DNA of 64,000 nt from a bacterium (GCA_030690305.1 JAUYHB010000020.1:23535-87534); one strand, 5' to 3'. Shown: positions 45,422 to 56,138, numbered from the stretch's first letter. Notes: generated by a model not told the origin, from the sequence alone. Program-made: numbers and translations.

Positions 45422-47365
45422 ATGGAAGAGAAAAATTTTGCTCATCTTAACAACAAACAGAAAAAAGCCGTCCTAACTACACAAGGACCTCTGCTTGTTC
45501 TTGCGGGGGCAGGAGCGGGAAAGACAAAAACAATCACTTCCCGAATTTTCCACTTGATCAAACAAGGCACTTCTCCGGAAGAGATTCTAGCCATCACATT
45601 CACAAACAAAGCGGCAAGAGAAATGAAGGAACGGGTTAATTCCTTGCTCGAGCATGACCCGGGCACCGCACTGTCTCCCGAAGAGAGACCTTTCATAAGT
45701 ACATTTCACGCGCTTGCGGCATATATTTTGAGAATTCATGCGAAGGAGGCGGCATTGCCGAAACATTTCAAGATTTTTGACGGAAACGACTCACGAAGGG
45801 CGGTAAAAGAAGCCATTGAGCGTTCGGGACTCAATCCGAAAGAAGTGGACCCGGGAAAAATACAAAATATTATCTCCCGAGAAAAAGGTGAAGCGTATAC
45901 CGTCGAGGATTACAAAACAAATGTCGGCAGAGAAACAGGTTTAGTGGAAAATATATGGACCCACTACGAGCGGATTTTAAGAGAAGAGAGGGCCCTTGAT
46001 TTCGACGACCTTTTGCTCAAGGCGTTTTTGCTCCTGAAGGGAAACGAGATTGTTAGAGAAACATACCAAAATCGATGGAAATATATTCATGTCGACGAAT
46101 ACCAAGACACAAACAAAATTCAGTATCTTTTAGTACGACTTCTTTCGGAGAAACATCAAAATCTTTGCGTCGTCGGCGACATTGACCAAAACATCTACAG
46201 CTGGAGGGGCGCGAAACTGCGTAATATCCTTGATTTCGAGAAAGATTATCCAAAGGCAATTGTCATTCTCTTGGAGGAAAACTACCGCTCTACCCAGACA
46301 ATACTCAACGTCGCAAACACAATCATTGAAAAGAACAAATACAGAAAGAGCAAGCGACTATTTACTCAAAATTCTATTGGAGAAAAAATAGGTTTATTTG
46401 AGGGAGGAAACGAGACGGAGGAAGCGGAATTTGTGGCGGCACAAACAGCACACATTATTTCAAGCGGAGTCCGCCCGGAACACATTGCCGTTTTATACAG
46501 GGCGAATTTCCAGTCTCGGGTTCTTGAGGAAGCGTTTTTGGCGCGCACTATTCCGTACCAACTTATCGGAACGAAGTTTTTTGAACGCAAAGAAGTCAAG
46601 GATACGCTTGCTTTTATTCATGCGGCCCTCAATCCGGAAAGTTTTGGCGACATAAAACGTATTATTAATCTTCCTCCCCGGGGTATCGGAAAAGTGACAC
46701 TTTTGAAAATATTTGAAGGAAAAGAAGAGTCTCTGCCTCAAAAAACAAAAGAAAAAATTAAGGAATTTAAAAAACTGATTGAACGCATTAAAAATTATCT
46801 TCCGGAACACACTCCCTCGGAAAGCATAAAATACATCATGGAAGAAACGGGCATGAATGCGCTATATGAAAAAGAACTCGATACACTTGAAAATTTGAGG
46901 GAATTGGTGACTCTTGCGTCCCGATATGACGAGCATGGACCAAATGAAGGGTTGGAACGATTTCTTTCGGACGCCGCCCTTGTCGCAGACCAGGATGAAC
47001 TGGAAGACGGGAAAGAGGGAGTGAAACTTATGACTGTCCACGCTTCAAAGGGCCTTGAGTTCGAACATGTCTTCATTGTAGGACTGGAAGACAACCTTTT
47101 TCCCCATCGGAGAATTGACGAATCGAAAGTGAGCGAGGAAGACAAGGAAGAAGAGCGACGGCTTTTTTATGTTGCGCTTACCCGGGCAAAAAAGAAATTG
47201 ACTCTCTCGTACGCCCAGACACGAACGCTCTATGGCACAAAAACGGTAAGTATGCCATCAGAGTTTATTTTTGATATTCCACCCGAGTACCTGGAGAAAA
47301 AAGACTGGACGATTGACGAAAAAAGAAAAAGAGGAATTGCGGCGATTTTTAGCATAGAATTCTAG
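45422..47365 (+). CDS. pcrA: ATP-dependent DNA helicase UvrD/PcrA family
   Basis: GAGAGKTKTITSRI Walker A; helicase motifs through VALTRAKKKL. Confidence 0.85.
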   Translation: MEEKNFAHLNNKQKKAVLTTQGPLLVLAGAGAGKTKTITSRIFHLIKQGTSPEEILAITFTNKAAREMKERVNSLLEHDPGTALSPEERPFISTFHALAAYILRIHAKEAALPKHFKIFDGNDSRRAVKEAIERSGLNPKEVDPGKIQNIISREKGEAYTVEDYKTNVGRETGLVENIWTHYERILREERALDFDDLLLKAFLLLKGNEIVRETYQNRWKYIHVDEYQDTNKIQYLLVRLLSEKHQNLCVVGDIDQNIYSWRGAKLRNILDFEKDYPKAIVILLEENYRSTQTILNVANTIIEKNKYRKSKRLFTQNSIGEKIGLFEGGNETEEAEFVAAQTAHIISSGVRPEHIAVLYRANFQSRVLEEAFLARTIPYQLIGTKFFERKEVKDTLAFIHAALNPESFGDIKRIINLPPRGIGKVTLLKIFEGKEESLPQKTKEKIKEFKKLIERIKNYLPEHTPSESIKYIMEETGMNALYEKELDTLENLRELVTLASRYDEHGPNEGLERFLSDAALVADQDELEDGKEGVKLMTVHASKGLEFEHVFIVGLEDNLFPHRRIDESKVSEEDKEEERRLFYVALTRAKKKLTLSYAQTRTLYGTKTVSMPSEFIFDIPPEYLEKKDWTIDEKRKRGIAAIFSIEF

Positions 47366-47367
47366 AT

Positions 47368-48171
47368 ATGAATTCCGGACAACCTTTGGGTCAGCATTTT
47401 CTCCGCTCCGCCAAAGCATTGGCGGATATTGTTTCAGCCGCATCCCTTACTCCATCGGATACCGTCCTTGAGATCGGACCGGGGGAGGGGGTACTCACAA
47501 AAGAGTTACTCGCCCATGCGGGGAAGGTAATCGCCATAGAAAAAGACCCTGTGCTCGTCGAGTTTCTCAAAAGTCGGTTTGGAAATGAAATCGGAACCGA
47601 TAAACTTCTGGTGATTGAAAAAGATATAAGAGATTTCTTTCCTGAAAAGTACGGTCTCAAAAAAGGAAAGTACAAACTTGTCGCAAATATTCCTTACTAT
47701 ATTACGGGAGAAATCCTAAGAAAATTTGTTGGGGGGGAAACCCCGCCATCGCACGCGGTTCTTTTGGTTCAAAAGGAGGTCGCCGAACGTATCGTCGAAA
47801 AAGACGGTAAAGGGAGCCTTCTTTCTATATCGGTAAGAGCGTTTGGGGAACCGAAAAAAATGGCAGTGGTGAAAAACACCGCTTTCAGCCCCCAACCAAA
47901 GGTCGATTCGGCAATTCTTTCAATAGAAAACATTTCGGATAAATTTTTTGACGATATCTCGCAAGAAACGTTTTTTGAAACGGTAAAGATAGGATTTTCA
48001 CAAAAAAGAAAACAATTGAAAAATAATTTGAATAAAAAATTCGGGGAAAGCGCCGTTTCGGGTACGTTTAACACATGTTCAATCCCCGAAAAAGTTCGGG
48101 CTGAGAAACTAAGTTTGTCGCAGTGGAAGTGTCTCGCGCGTGAATTAAATAAAGCCTCTTCACACAATTAA
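47368..48171 (+). CDS. rsmA: 16S rRNA (adenine1518/1519-N6)-dimethyltransferase
   Basis: GQHFL, EIGPGEGVLT and NIPY motifs of KsgA/RsmA. Confidence 0.85.
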   Translation: MNSGQPLGQHFLRSAKALADIVSAASLTPSDTVLEIGPGEGVLTKELLAHAGKVIAIEKDPVLVEFLKSRFGNEIGTDKLLVIEKDIRDFFPEKYGLKKGKYKLVANIPYYITGEILRKFVGGETPPSHAVLLVQKEVAERIVEKDGKGSLLSISVRAFGEPKKMAVVKNTAFSPQPKVDSAILSIENISDKFFDDISQETFFETVKIGFSQKRKQLKNNLNKKFGESAVSGTFNTCSIPEKVRAEKLSLSQWKCLARELNKASSHN

Positions 48172-48188
48172 GGTGTTACAATACTCGT

Positions 48189-49172
48189 ATGGGTTGGTTA
48201 AAGAGCAGGTGGTTTAAAATCGGTATCGCCGTAATTTTTGCGGGGGGTCTTTTGTGGTGGGCTATAACAACCGTAAGCAAAGACACATACCGTTCGGAAA
48301 ATCTTTCAATAGACAGCTCCGTCAGAACTCTTCTTTCAGCACAGGCGCAGCAGGACGGAGACAACGATGGACTGAAAGACTGGGAGGAAGCGTTGTGGGG
48401 CACATCTCCTTCAAATGCTGATACGGACGGGGACGGTACGATAGATGGGAAGGAGGTGATGCTTGGAAGGAACCCCGCGGTTGCGGGCCCGAATGACACA
48501 CTGACCCAATCACAACTCGACGAAAAAACAAATTCCGGTCAAGAGGACTTAACTCTCACGGATAAATTTGCGAGAGAGTTTCTTTCCTCATACCTCACTC
48601 AAAAACAAGGGGGCGGGACAGTGGGGGCAGCATTTGAACAAGACCTTTTAAGCAAAGCGCTGGACCAGAATGCCATATCAAGGGGGAAAGTGTATACAAA
48701 AAATGACGTCACAGTAACTACCCAAAACGATTCCCAGTCAATTAAGGATTACGCCAATGCTGCGGGAAAAACTTTCAGAGTAAACACTCTTCCCCAAAGC
48801 GCGTATGACCCGCTTCTTATTTTGCAAAAGGCTTTTGAAAAAGAAGACGAGAGTGAAATCAAGAAATTGAAAGACATATATGAAACAAGCAGCAGAATAG
48901 TAGCCGACTTGCTTTCTGTTAAAGTCCCTTCAGACCTGGCAGAAAGGCATGTTCGACTTCTCAATGCAATGAGTGTTGTTTCCGAAAACTTCAAGGGGAT
49001 GGGTGACGGATTAAATGACCCGTTAAAGGCAATGCTTCATGTCCAGATGTATTACAATTCGTCCGTAGTGGAAATGCGGAACTCCGTAAAGGGAATCGGT
49101 GATTATCTCCGTGAACAGGGCGTTGTTTTTCAACAGGAAGAGGATGGTACTCTAATTATGAATACGATATAA
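48189..49172 (+). CDS. Membrane-anchored hypothetical protein with thrombospondin-type-3/dockerin-like Ca-binding repeats
   Basis: N-terminal TM; DGDNDGLKDWEE and DTDGDGTIDGKE repeats. Confidence 0.4.
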   Translation: MGWLKSRWFKIGIAVIFAGGLLWWAITTVSKDTYRSENLSIDSSVRTLLSAQAQQDGDNDGLKDWEEALWGTSPSNADTDGDGTIDGKEVMLGRNPAVAGPNDTLTQSQLDEKTNSGQEDLTLTDKFAREFLSSYLTQKQGGGTVGAAFEQDLLSKALDQNAISRGKVYTKNDVTVTTQNDSQSIKDYANAAGKTFRVNTLPQSAYDPLLILQKAFEKEDESEIKKLKDIYETSSRIVADLLSVKVPSDLAERHVRLLNAMSVVSENFKGMGDGLNDPLKAMLHVQMYYNSSVVEMRNSVKGIGDYLREQGVVFQQEEDGTLIMNTI

Positions 49173-49213
49173 TTTCAGGTAAGGATTTTCTATAACGAAC
49201 GCAGTTCGGCATA

Positions 49214-50101
49214 ATGCACCCGTATAATAAAAAAAGTTTCTTGGGACAAAAGGTTGTGGCAGCACTACTTGTATTTGTTTTTTTCTTTTCCAACCTTGCT
49301 TTTATGCCACAAAAAGTTCAGGCCGCTGTACCTACATTTGACGTAGGACTTAACCCTGCATTTGCAGCATATACTGCAGCATTTACAACATATGCCGGAA
49401 TAGAAACTGCAAACACAACATCTCTCACAGTAAAAGAAACCATCCTTGACGCCATTGCTTGGGCTGCCGCAAAAGTTATTATCCAGAACATGCTTCAAAG
49501 TATTGTTACCTGGGCCCAAAACGGCTTTAATGGTGGACCGTCTTTTATCCAAGACCCTGAAGGGTTTCTACGGGACGTTGGGGACCAGACAGCAGGACTT
49601 GTGATTAGCGACATCGCGCCTTTTCTCTGTGAACCTTTCCGTATCTCTCTTCAAACAAACCTTTCTTTGAGTTATTCTCTGCCTGTTTTTGATAAAATTG
49701 AATGTACACTTTCCGATGTCATCGACAACATTGACGGTTTCTTGAATGGAGATTTCACACAAGGAGGCTGGGATGGGTGGTTTTCAATGACACAAAACAA
49801 AAGAAACAACCCTTACGGAGCGTTTCTCTTGGCACAGTCGGAACTGAATGTGCAGGTGGCAAAAAAACAGGGAACAGAACTTAAGTTTCTTGATTGGGGA
49901 CAAGGCTTCTTTTCGTTCCGTGATGCTGACGGACTTGTTCAGACCCCGGGAAAAATTATTGAGAACCAGCTAAATCATTCCCTAGGCTCTGGAACACGCT
50001 CACTTGAAATTGCTGACGAAATTGATGAGGTAATCGGCGCTGTTGTCGCGGGCCTCGTCACACAGATGTTTAGCGGTGGTAGTGGTTTTCTTGGACTTTA
50101 A
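49214..50101 (+). CDS. Secreted hypothetical protein (first gene of the T4SS-like cluster)
   Basis: Signal peptide ending VQA; no recognised domain. Confidence 0.4.
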   Translation: MHPYNKKSFLGQKVVAALLVFVFFFSNLAFMPQKVQAAVPTFDVGLNPAFAAYTAAFTTYAGIETANTTSLTVKETILDAIAWAAAKVIIQNMLQSIVTWAQNGFNGGPSFIQDPEGFLRDVGDQTAGLVISDIAPFLCEPFRISLQTNLSLSYSLPVFDKIECTLSDVIDNIDGFLNGDFTQGGWDGWFSMTQNKRNNPYGAFLLAQSELNVQVAKKQGTELKFLDWGQGFFSFRDADGLVQTPGKIIENQLNHSLGSGTRSLEIADEIDEVIGAVVAGLVTQMFSGGSGFLGL

Positions 50102-50104
50102 ATT

Positions 50105-52081
50105 TTGATAATAATGTTTAAAAGAGAGAATAAAAAAATCTTCCTGAAACTCCTGTCATCCTTCTTACTGTTGCTTCTTGTCCTTGTTCCTTTCTTTGTA
50201 AATGCACAACAAGCCTCGACTCAGGAAAGCGGGGAAAAGTGTGGCTGGACTAACATGGCCGGATGTATAGAGATGGCGTGGGGCAAACTTGTAGGCTCCA
50301 TAGCGGATCTTATTCTCAGTCTTGCGGCATTTGTTACGTTTGCGGCAGGAACATTATTGGACTTCGTCATTAAATACACAATTGTTGATATGTCTGCGAA
50401 TGTAGGTGTAATTACCGGGATCAGCACTGCTTGGGCGGCGTTACGAGACCTTGCGAACATTTTCTTCATATTCATTCTCCTTTACGCGGCTATTGCTACC
50501 GTCCTTCAGATGGGAGGAGTAAATACAAAAAAAATAATCACCCGGGTGATTATTATTGCCCTTCTCATAAACTTCAGTCTTTTCTTCACGCGGGTGATGA
50601 TTGATGTGTCCAACGCCCTTTCGGTTGGCTTTTATAATGCCATTTTAAGTGGTGTTTCCGGAAGTGACGGCATTTCATATGCATATATGCAGAAACTTCT
50701 GCTCACAACCGTTTATCAACCCGGTAGTGGTGCTGGTGCTGACCTTACAAAGTTTCCGGAGGTAGGGTTTTTGGGTGCAATATTTTTCCTTGTAGCCGCC
50801 TTTGTTTTTCTTGCCGCAGCCGTAATGTTCATCACCCGTTTTGTTGTGCTTGTTTTCCTCATGATCACTTCTGCCCCTGCTTTTGCAGCTATGGCCCTCC
50901 CTAATGACAAATATTCCGGAGATTGGTGGAAAGCTTTGTGGGACCAACTAATTTTTGCCCCTGTTTTCTTTATTCTTTCATGGGCAACTCTTCAGGTGCT
51001 TGATGGTGCACTGGGCACCTTGGGCGCAGGAGCAAGCTTAAAAGACGCCATTGCAGGGAGTATGGATGCGAACGGAAACAAAACTGCGATTCCGGGTGCA
51101 GCCGCTGTGTTTGCCAACTTCGGAATCGCAATAACATTCATGATTGTTACTCTTACCATTTCTAAGAAACTTGCCGGAAGTGCCGGAAAAGGAATTCAGA
51201 GTTTTGTAGGTGGGGTTGTTGGTGGAGCAACTATTGGCGGAGCCGCGTGGCTTGGCAGGCGAACATTGGGTTGGGCTGGTGACAGATTAAGCCAAAACAC
51301 TTCCTTACAAGGAGCTGCAGGTCAAAATAATCTTGCGGGGAAAGCTGCTCGATTAACTCTTCAGGGTACCAAAAACTTATCGAGGGCAAGTTTTGATGCG
51401 CGCAATATAAAAACACTCGGTATTGGTGAAACTATTTCTAGAGAAGGTAGTTTGGGTAAAGGAAAAGGCCAGGGTGGTTATGTTACAAGTAAGGACAGCC
51501 AAAGAGAAAGGGTACTTAAGGATGACCAGCTAAGGGTTGCTGGAGCGAGAACAGCAATTGTTTCGACTGGTTTGGCGCCTACAGCCACAGGTGCGGATAT
51601 TCTTGCTATGCAACAACAAGTGAGCAAAATGAGTACAAACGATATTGAAAATACAAGCTTAGCAAATTTGCAAAGAAGTGAGTTTGCCACAGGATTATCA
51701 CACAGTCAAATGGAAGACATTAAGAAAAGCACTAAGTTTACACAAACAGAAAGTAATTTGATTGAAAATAGACGCGATGCAGGACTTGTCAATCTTTGGA
51801 ATGCATCTGGATCAGCAGGACTGTTCGCGGTTACAAAGCGTGCTAAACCAAATGAGATGGCAGAACTTCCGCAACCAATCCTTGTTGATCCTAACTTCGC
51901 ACAACATTTAAGTGTCCCTGCGTTACAGCGCATAACTAATGAAGGGACTCTTGGTTTCGTCGATAAAGCATTGGTAAGAGCTAATATTATTGCTGCAGCC
52001 GCACTTCCGACTAACATAGGGAATGTCCAGCTTCAGAAAACGGCATCGTGGCTTGCGAGCCCGCAGGGCAGCATCTTCTAA
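50105..52081 (+). CDS. VirB6/TrbL-like polytopic membrane protein (type IV secretion component candidate)
   Basis: Signal peptide plus 6 or more TM helices and a long hydrophilic C-terminal tail, as in VirB6/TrbL. Sits in the cluster with VirB4 and PrgI homologs. Confidence 0.5.
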   Translation: MIIMFKRENKKIFLKLLSSFLLLLLVLVPFFVNAQQASTQESGEKCGWTNMAGCIEMAWGKLVGSIADLILSLAAFVTFAAGTLLDFVIKYTIVDMSANVGVITGISTAWAALRDLANIFFIFILLYAAIATVLQMGGVNTKKIITRVIIIALLINFSLFFTRVMIDVSNALSVGFYNAILSGVSGSDGISYAYMQKLLLTTVYQPGSGAGADLTKFPEVGFLGAIFFLVAAFVFLAAAVMFITRFVVLVFLMITSAPAFAAMALPNDKYSGDWWKALWDQLIFAPVFFILSWATLQVLDGALGTLGAGASLKDAIAGSMDANGNKTAIPGAAAVFANFGIAITFMIVTLTISKKLAGSAGKGIQSFVGGVVGGATIGGAAWLGRRTLGWAGDRLSQNTSLQGAAGQNNLAGKAARLTLQGTKNLSRASFDARNIKTLGIGETISREGSLGKGKGQGGYVTSKDSQRERVLKDDQLRVAGARTAIVSTGLAPTATGADILAMQQQVSKMSTNDIENTSLANLQRSEFATGLSHSQMEDIKKSTKFTQTESNLIENRRDAGLVNLWNASGSAGLFAVTKRAKPNEMAELPQPILVDPNFAQHLSVPALQRITNEGTLGFVDKALVRANIIAAAALPTNIGNVQLQKTASWLASPQGSIF

Positions 52082-52082
52082 A

Positions 52083-52748
52083 ATGATGAACAATCAACTC
52101 AGAGAGAAAATAAAAAATGCACTTCAAAAATTCCCTAAGGAATTGAAATATGAAGTGACCTCCGAGGAGGCTTTTGATGCCTTCCTCGAGATAGTTAAAA
52201 AACATGGAATAGAAAAAGAGAAGACTGACAGATTTTCTGATGCTGTTTATTCGGTTGCATACGGTGTTGAGCCTTTAGAAACACTTACCGCACAAATTGA
52301 AAAGGCGTTGGACGGAAATATTCAAAAAGTACAACCAATAGCGGAGGACGTGAGAAAAATGATAATTACTGAGAATCTAAAAAATTATCTGGCGGCTCAA
52401 AAAACAGGCATGGCGTCTGGTATAGAAAAAATAGGTGGGCAGTACGTGTTCCCAGAAACAGGAAACATGATAAAAACTACCTCGGTGTCTGAGCAGACAA
52501 GCAACAGGTCTGTAATGGCAAACGGGGAAGTGATAAATAAGACGCAGGTTCTTCATGACATTGAAAATCCTCAAAAGGTTACTCCCGCATTTGAACATCT
52601 TCCTTCCGGAGTGGCTGGGGGGAACATCATCGACGACAAGCTCAACAAAATCGTTAAACTGCCACGGCAAGAAAAATATGATGAAAATGGAGGCCCTAAA
52701 CCAGAAGGACAGATTCAGTCGGACCCTTATCGGGAACCGATTGAGTAG
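52083..52748 (+). CDS. Hypothetical protein (T4SS-like cluster)
   Basis: ORF directly following the VirB6-like gene. Start taken at MMNNQ immediately after the upstream stop. Confidence 0.35.
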   Translation: MMNNQLREKIKNALQKFPKELKYEVTSEEAFDAFLEIVKKHGIEKEKTDRFSDAVYSVAYGVEPLETLTAQIEKALDGNIQKVQPIAEDVRKMIITENLKNYLAAQKTGMASGIEKIGGQYVFPETGNMIKTTSVSEQTSNRSVMANGEVINKTQVLHDIENPQKVTPAFEHLPSGVAGGNIIDDKLNKIVKLPRQEKYDENGGPKPEGQIQSDPYREPIE

Positions 52749-52763
52749 CGGGATTTTTTAACA

Positions 52764-53198
52764 ATGCAGTTTCAAACCCCACAATTCATTGACGTTGAGG
52801 ACAAGATTTTCGGTCCTCTGACGTTTAAACAGTTCGTATATCTTGCCGGAGGGGCAGGGCTTGTTGTCGTTTTGTGGACGTTGTTACCTCCCTTTTTTGC
52901 CGTTCTTTTAGGATTGCCGGTTATCGCTCTTTCACTGGCGCTTGCATTTTATACCGTAAACAACAAGCCTTTTGTAAATATCATGGAATCGTTTTTTTCG
53001 TATGTTTCCGGTAGTAAATTATATGTGTGGAAAAAAGAAGCGAAAAAGGCAATGCCTTCGGAACCAAAAGAAGGTGGAACCGACCTGGGACTTTACGTCC
53101 CCCGCCTTTCGGACAGTAAGTTAAAAGACCTTACCTGGAGTCTTGGTGTCAAAGACCAGACGCAACCGAAAGAAAAGAGTTCTGTTATTGGGCAATAG
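52764..53198 (+). CDS. PrgI-family (VirB3-like) T4SS membrane protein
   Basis: IDVEDKIFGPLTFKQFVYLAGGAGLVVVLW followed by a second TM matches the PrgI/TcpE-like family found beside VirB4 in Gram-positive-type T4SS. Confidence 0.55.
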   Translation: MQFQTPQFIDVEDKIFGPLTFKQFVYLAGGAGLVVVLWTLLPPFFAVLLGLPVIALSLALAFYTVNNKPFVNIMESFFSYVSGSKLYVWKKEAKKAMPSEPKEGGTDLGLYVPRLSDSKLKDLTWSLGVKDQTQPKEKSSVIGQ

Positions 53199-53326
53199 GT
53201 GAATAGACGGTATTACCATAGAAGTTTAATATCCCCGCAGATTATTGCGATTTGGGACAAACCTTCGAGCATAAAATGAGTCTGTCTGGCTTGCTCTGAG
53301 GTTTAATACCTCTTATTATTATACCA

Positions 53327-53971
53327 ATGGCTATCCAGGCACAGGCAACTCAAGACTTTGTTCCAATTAGTGAAATCAAAGACGGCATCGTCATTCTAAA
53401 GGACGGGTCATTGCGCTCAATAGTGATGGTTTCATCTCTTAATTTCGCGCTCAAAAGCGAGGAGGAAAAAAATGCCATCATTTCACAGTTTCAGAATTTT
53501 CTCAATTCACTGGATTTTTCCATGCAAATATTCATACAGTCCCGACGACTCGATATTCGGCCATATCTCGCGCTTATCGAACAGCGCTACAAGGAACAGG
53601 TAAATGAGCTCATGCGGATTCAGATTCAAGAATATATCGAGTTTATAAAAAACTTTACCGAAACAACGAATATTATGACGAAAAATTTCTTTATCGTTGT
53701 GCCGTATACCCCGGCTTTTCTTCAAACAAACAAATCAACGAGAGATTTGCTTAATTTCGGAAAAACAAAGTCTCAAAAAGAAACCCAAAAAACCAATGAG
53801 GCCGTCTTTGAGGAAAACCGCACCCAGCTTGAACAACGCGTTGCCGTCGTTGAACAAGGCCTTGTGCGCTGCGGCATCCGAAGCGTGCTCTTAGGCACGG
53901 AAGAGGTGATTGAGTTGTATTACAAAATTTTCAATCCCGGCGAAACCGAGAAAGCAATACAAACATCGTAA
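53327..53971 (+). CDS. VirB4/TraE-family ATPase, N-terminal domain fragment (separate ORF)
   Basis: TQDFVPISEIKDGIVILKDGSLRSIVMV ... NAIISQFQNFLNSLDFSMQIFIQSRRLDIRPYL matches the conserved N-terminus of Gram-positive VirB4 homologs (PrgJ/TcpF-like). It ends at TAA 53969-53971, 1 nt before the next ORF's ATG. Confidence 0.55.
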   Translation: MAIQAQATQDFVPISEIKDGIVILKDGSLRSIVMVSSLNFALKSEEEKNAIISQFQNFLNSLDFSMQIFIQSRRLDIRPYLALIEQRYKEQVNELMRIQIQEYIEFIKNFTETTNIMTKNFFIVVPYTPAFLQTNKSTRDLLNFGKTKSQKETQKTNEAVFEENRTQLEQRVAVVEQGLVRCGIRSVLLGTEEVIELYYKIFNPGETEKAIQTS

Positions 53972-53972
53972 T

Positions 53973-55784
53973 ATGGGGTTACTTGATTTTTTACAACCGA
54001 AAAAGAAAGAGGAGGAGGTCTCTATGATACTGCCGCAAGACGTATATGACGCGGGGGCTCTTGAATTAAAAGACATTATCGCTCCAAGCGCCTTGAAAGT
54101 CGGCACGAAAGACCTTAATCTTGGAGGAAAATCCGTCCGAAGTTTTTTTGTTATTTCTTATCCGCGATTTCTCGCGGAAAGTTGGTTTTCTCCGATCATT
54201 AACCTCGACAGGGTATTTGATGTCTCGATTTTCATTCATCCCATTGAAACCGCAACCATTCTAAGGCAGTTTCAAAAGAAAGTAGCGGAGGTTCAGAGCC
54301 AAATTCATGAACGCGAAGAAAAAGGCCTTGTCCGCGACCCGAAGCTTGATACCGCATATCGCGACTTGGAAGAATTGCGTGACCGACTGCAGCAAGCACA
54401 GGAGAAACTTTTCGATGTCGGATTATATATTTCAATATATGGAGAAAACGATGAAGACCTCAACAAAGCGGAAGGCCAGGTGAAGTCCATTCTTGAGTCA
54501 AAACTTGTATATGTAAAACCGGCGCTTTTCCAGCAAGAACAGGGGTACAAAAGCGTGTTGCCCGTAGGAACCGACCTTTTGGGAGTTCATTCGAAGTTTA
54601 ATTCCGCTCCTTTATCGAGTCTTTTTCCTTTTATCTCATTTGACCTGACTTCGGACAAAGGAATTTTGTATGGGATAAACAGGCATAACTCGAGTCTTGT
54701 GTTGTTTGACCGATTCAGCCTTGAAAATTACAACTCAATCACGTTCGCGAAATCAGGCGCGGGAAAGTCATATGCCACCAAACTTGAGATTCTTCGGTCA
54801 CTGATGTTCGATACTTCAATCATTGTCATCGACCCCGAGCGTGAATATGAATATCTCGCACAGGCCACCGGAGGAAGATACTTTAAAATATCTCTCACTT
54901 CGGAACACCACATTAACCCTTTTGATCTCCCCGTCCCTCAGGAAGGGGAATCGGGAGCAAATGTACTGCGCTCAAACATCATAAACCTTGTCGGACTGTT
55001 TAGAATTATGCTTGGAGGACTTACCTCAGAAGAAGACGCGGTTATTGACCGGGCAATTTCCGAAACATATGCACTTAAGGATATAAGCCCGAATTCGGAT
55101 TTTTCCGCCGTGACACCGCCTCTTTTGTCAGATTTTGAGCTTGTGTTGTCGGGTATGGAAGGGGGAGAGTCCCTGGCGCAACGATTAAGTAAGTACACAA
55201 AAGGAACGTGGTCAGGTTTCATCAACCAGCCGACCAACATTGACATAAACAAGAAATTTATCGTTTTCTCGGTTCGCGACATGGAAGATGAGCTGAAACC
55301 CATTGCCATTTACATCATCACCCACTACATATGGAATGCCATCAGAAAAGAAATCAAAAAACGCCTCCTCGTTATTGATGAGGCGTGGTGGATGATGAAA
55401 TCGGATGACACCGCGTCGTTTTTGCTTGGCCTTACCAAGCGCGGAAGAAAATATTATCTTGGCGTCGCGACCATTACCCAAGACGTTGACGACTTCCTTG
55501 GGTCTCAATACGGAATGCCCATCGTAACAAACTCTTCAATTCAGCTTCTTCTCAAACAAGCCCCGCCGGCCGCCGAGAAGTTGCAGAAAATTTTTAATCT
55601 TACAGACGAGGAAAAGTATCTGCTTCTTGAGTCTGACGTTGGGGAAGGGATATTCTTTGCAGGACTTAAGCACGTCGCCATAAAAATCATCGCCTCGTAT
55701 ACCGAAGACCAGATTATTACTTCCGACCCCTCACAAATACTTGCCATTGAAAAGTCGAAAAAGGATCTGGAGGTAAATTCTTAG
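53973..55784 (+). CDS. virB4: VirB4/TraE-family type IV secretion ATPase (ATPase portion)
   Basis: Walker A FAKSGAGKS and Walker B LLVIDEAWWM; conserved VirB4 middle and C-terminal regions. It starts in a different reading frame from the upstream fragment. Confidence 0.75.
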   Translation: MGLLDFLQPKKKEEEVSMILPQDVYDAGALELKDIIAPSALKVGTKDLNLGGKSVRSFFVISYPRFLAESWFSPIINLDRVFDVSIFIHPIETATILRQFQKKVAEVQSQIHEREEKGLVRDPKLDTAYRDLEELRDRLQQAQEKLFDVGLYISIYGENDEDLNKAEGQVKSILESKLVYVKPALFQQEQGYKSVLPVGTDLLGVHSKFNSAPLSSLFPFISFDLTSDKGILYGINRHNSSLVLFDRFSLENYNSITFAKSGAGKSYATKLEILRSLMFDTSIIVIDPEREYEYLAQATGGRYFKISLTSEHHINPFDLPVPQEGESGANVLRSNIINLVGLFRIMLGGLTSEEDAVIDRAISETYALKDISPNSDFSAVTPPLLSDFELVLSGMEGGESLAQRLSKYTKGTWSGFINQPTNIDINKKFIVFSVRDMEDELKPIAIYIITHYIWNAIRKEIKKRLLVIDEAWWMMKSDDTASFLLGLTKRGRKYYLGVATITQDVDDFLGSQYGMPIVTNSSIQLLLKQAPPAAEKLQKIFNLTDEEKYLLLESDVGEGIFFAGLKHVAIKIIASYTEDQIITSDPSQILAIEKSKKDLEVNS

Positions 55785-55787
55785 ATT

Positions 55788-56102
55788 ATGTTTAATGAAA
55801 CAAAACGGGTGGGGATGGCACATTTTTTAGTTGCCGGTATCGCTGACGGGTTGCAATTTGTAGTTAATTTCCTTCATTTGTTCCCCGTTATTGGAACTAT
55901 TCTTGCCTCAATGGTGTCTTTTGCCATCACCTTGGGAACATTTTTGACATTTGGTATTTTTTTCGGAACGTGGTTTCCTGTCACCTTTTTTGGGGAAACA
56001 ATTCCCGTCATCAACGGCCTTCCTTTCTGGACTGCCCGCGTCATGTTTGAAGCCGCAAAAGAGCGCGCACCTGCGGCAGCACCGGTGCCAAATAAAAAAT
56101 AA
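55788..56102 (+). CDS. Small membrane protein (hypothetical; T4SS-like cluster)
   Basis: Three hydrophobic helices; no homology recognised. Confidence 0.35.
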   Translation: MFNETKRVGMAHFLVAGIADGLQFVVNFLHLFPVIGTILASMVSFAITLGTFLTFGIFFGTWFPVTFFGETIPVINGLPFWTARVMFEAAKERAPAAAPVPNKK

Positions 56103-56138
56103 GTGTGGAAAAGTTGACAAAACATTGTGATACAATAA

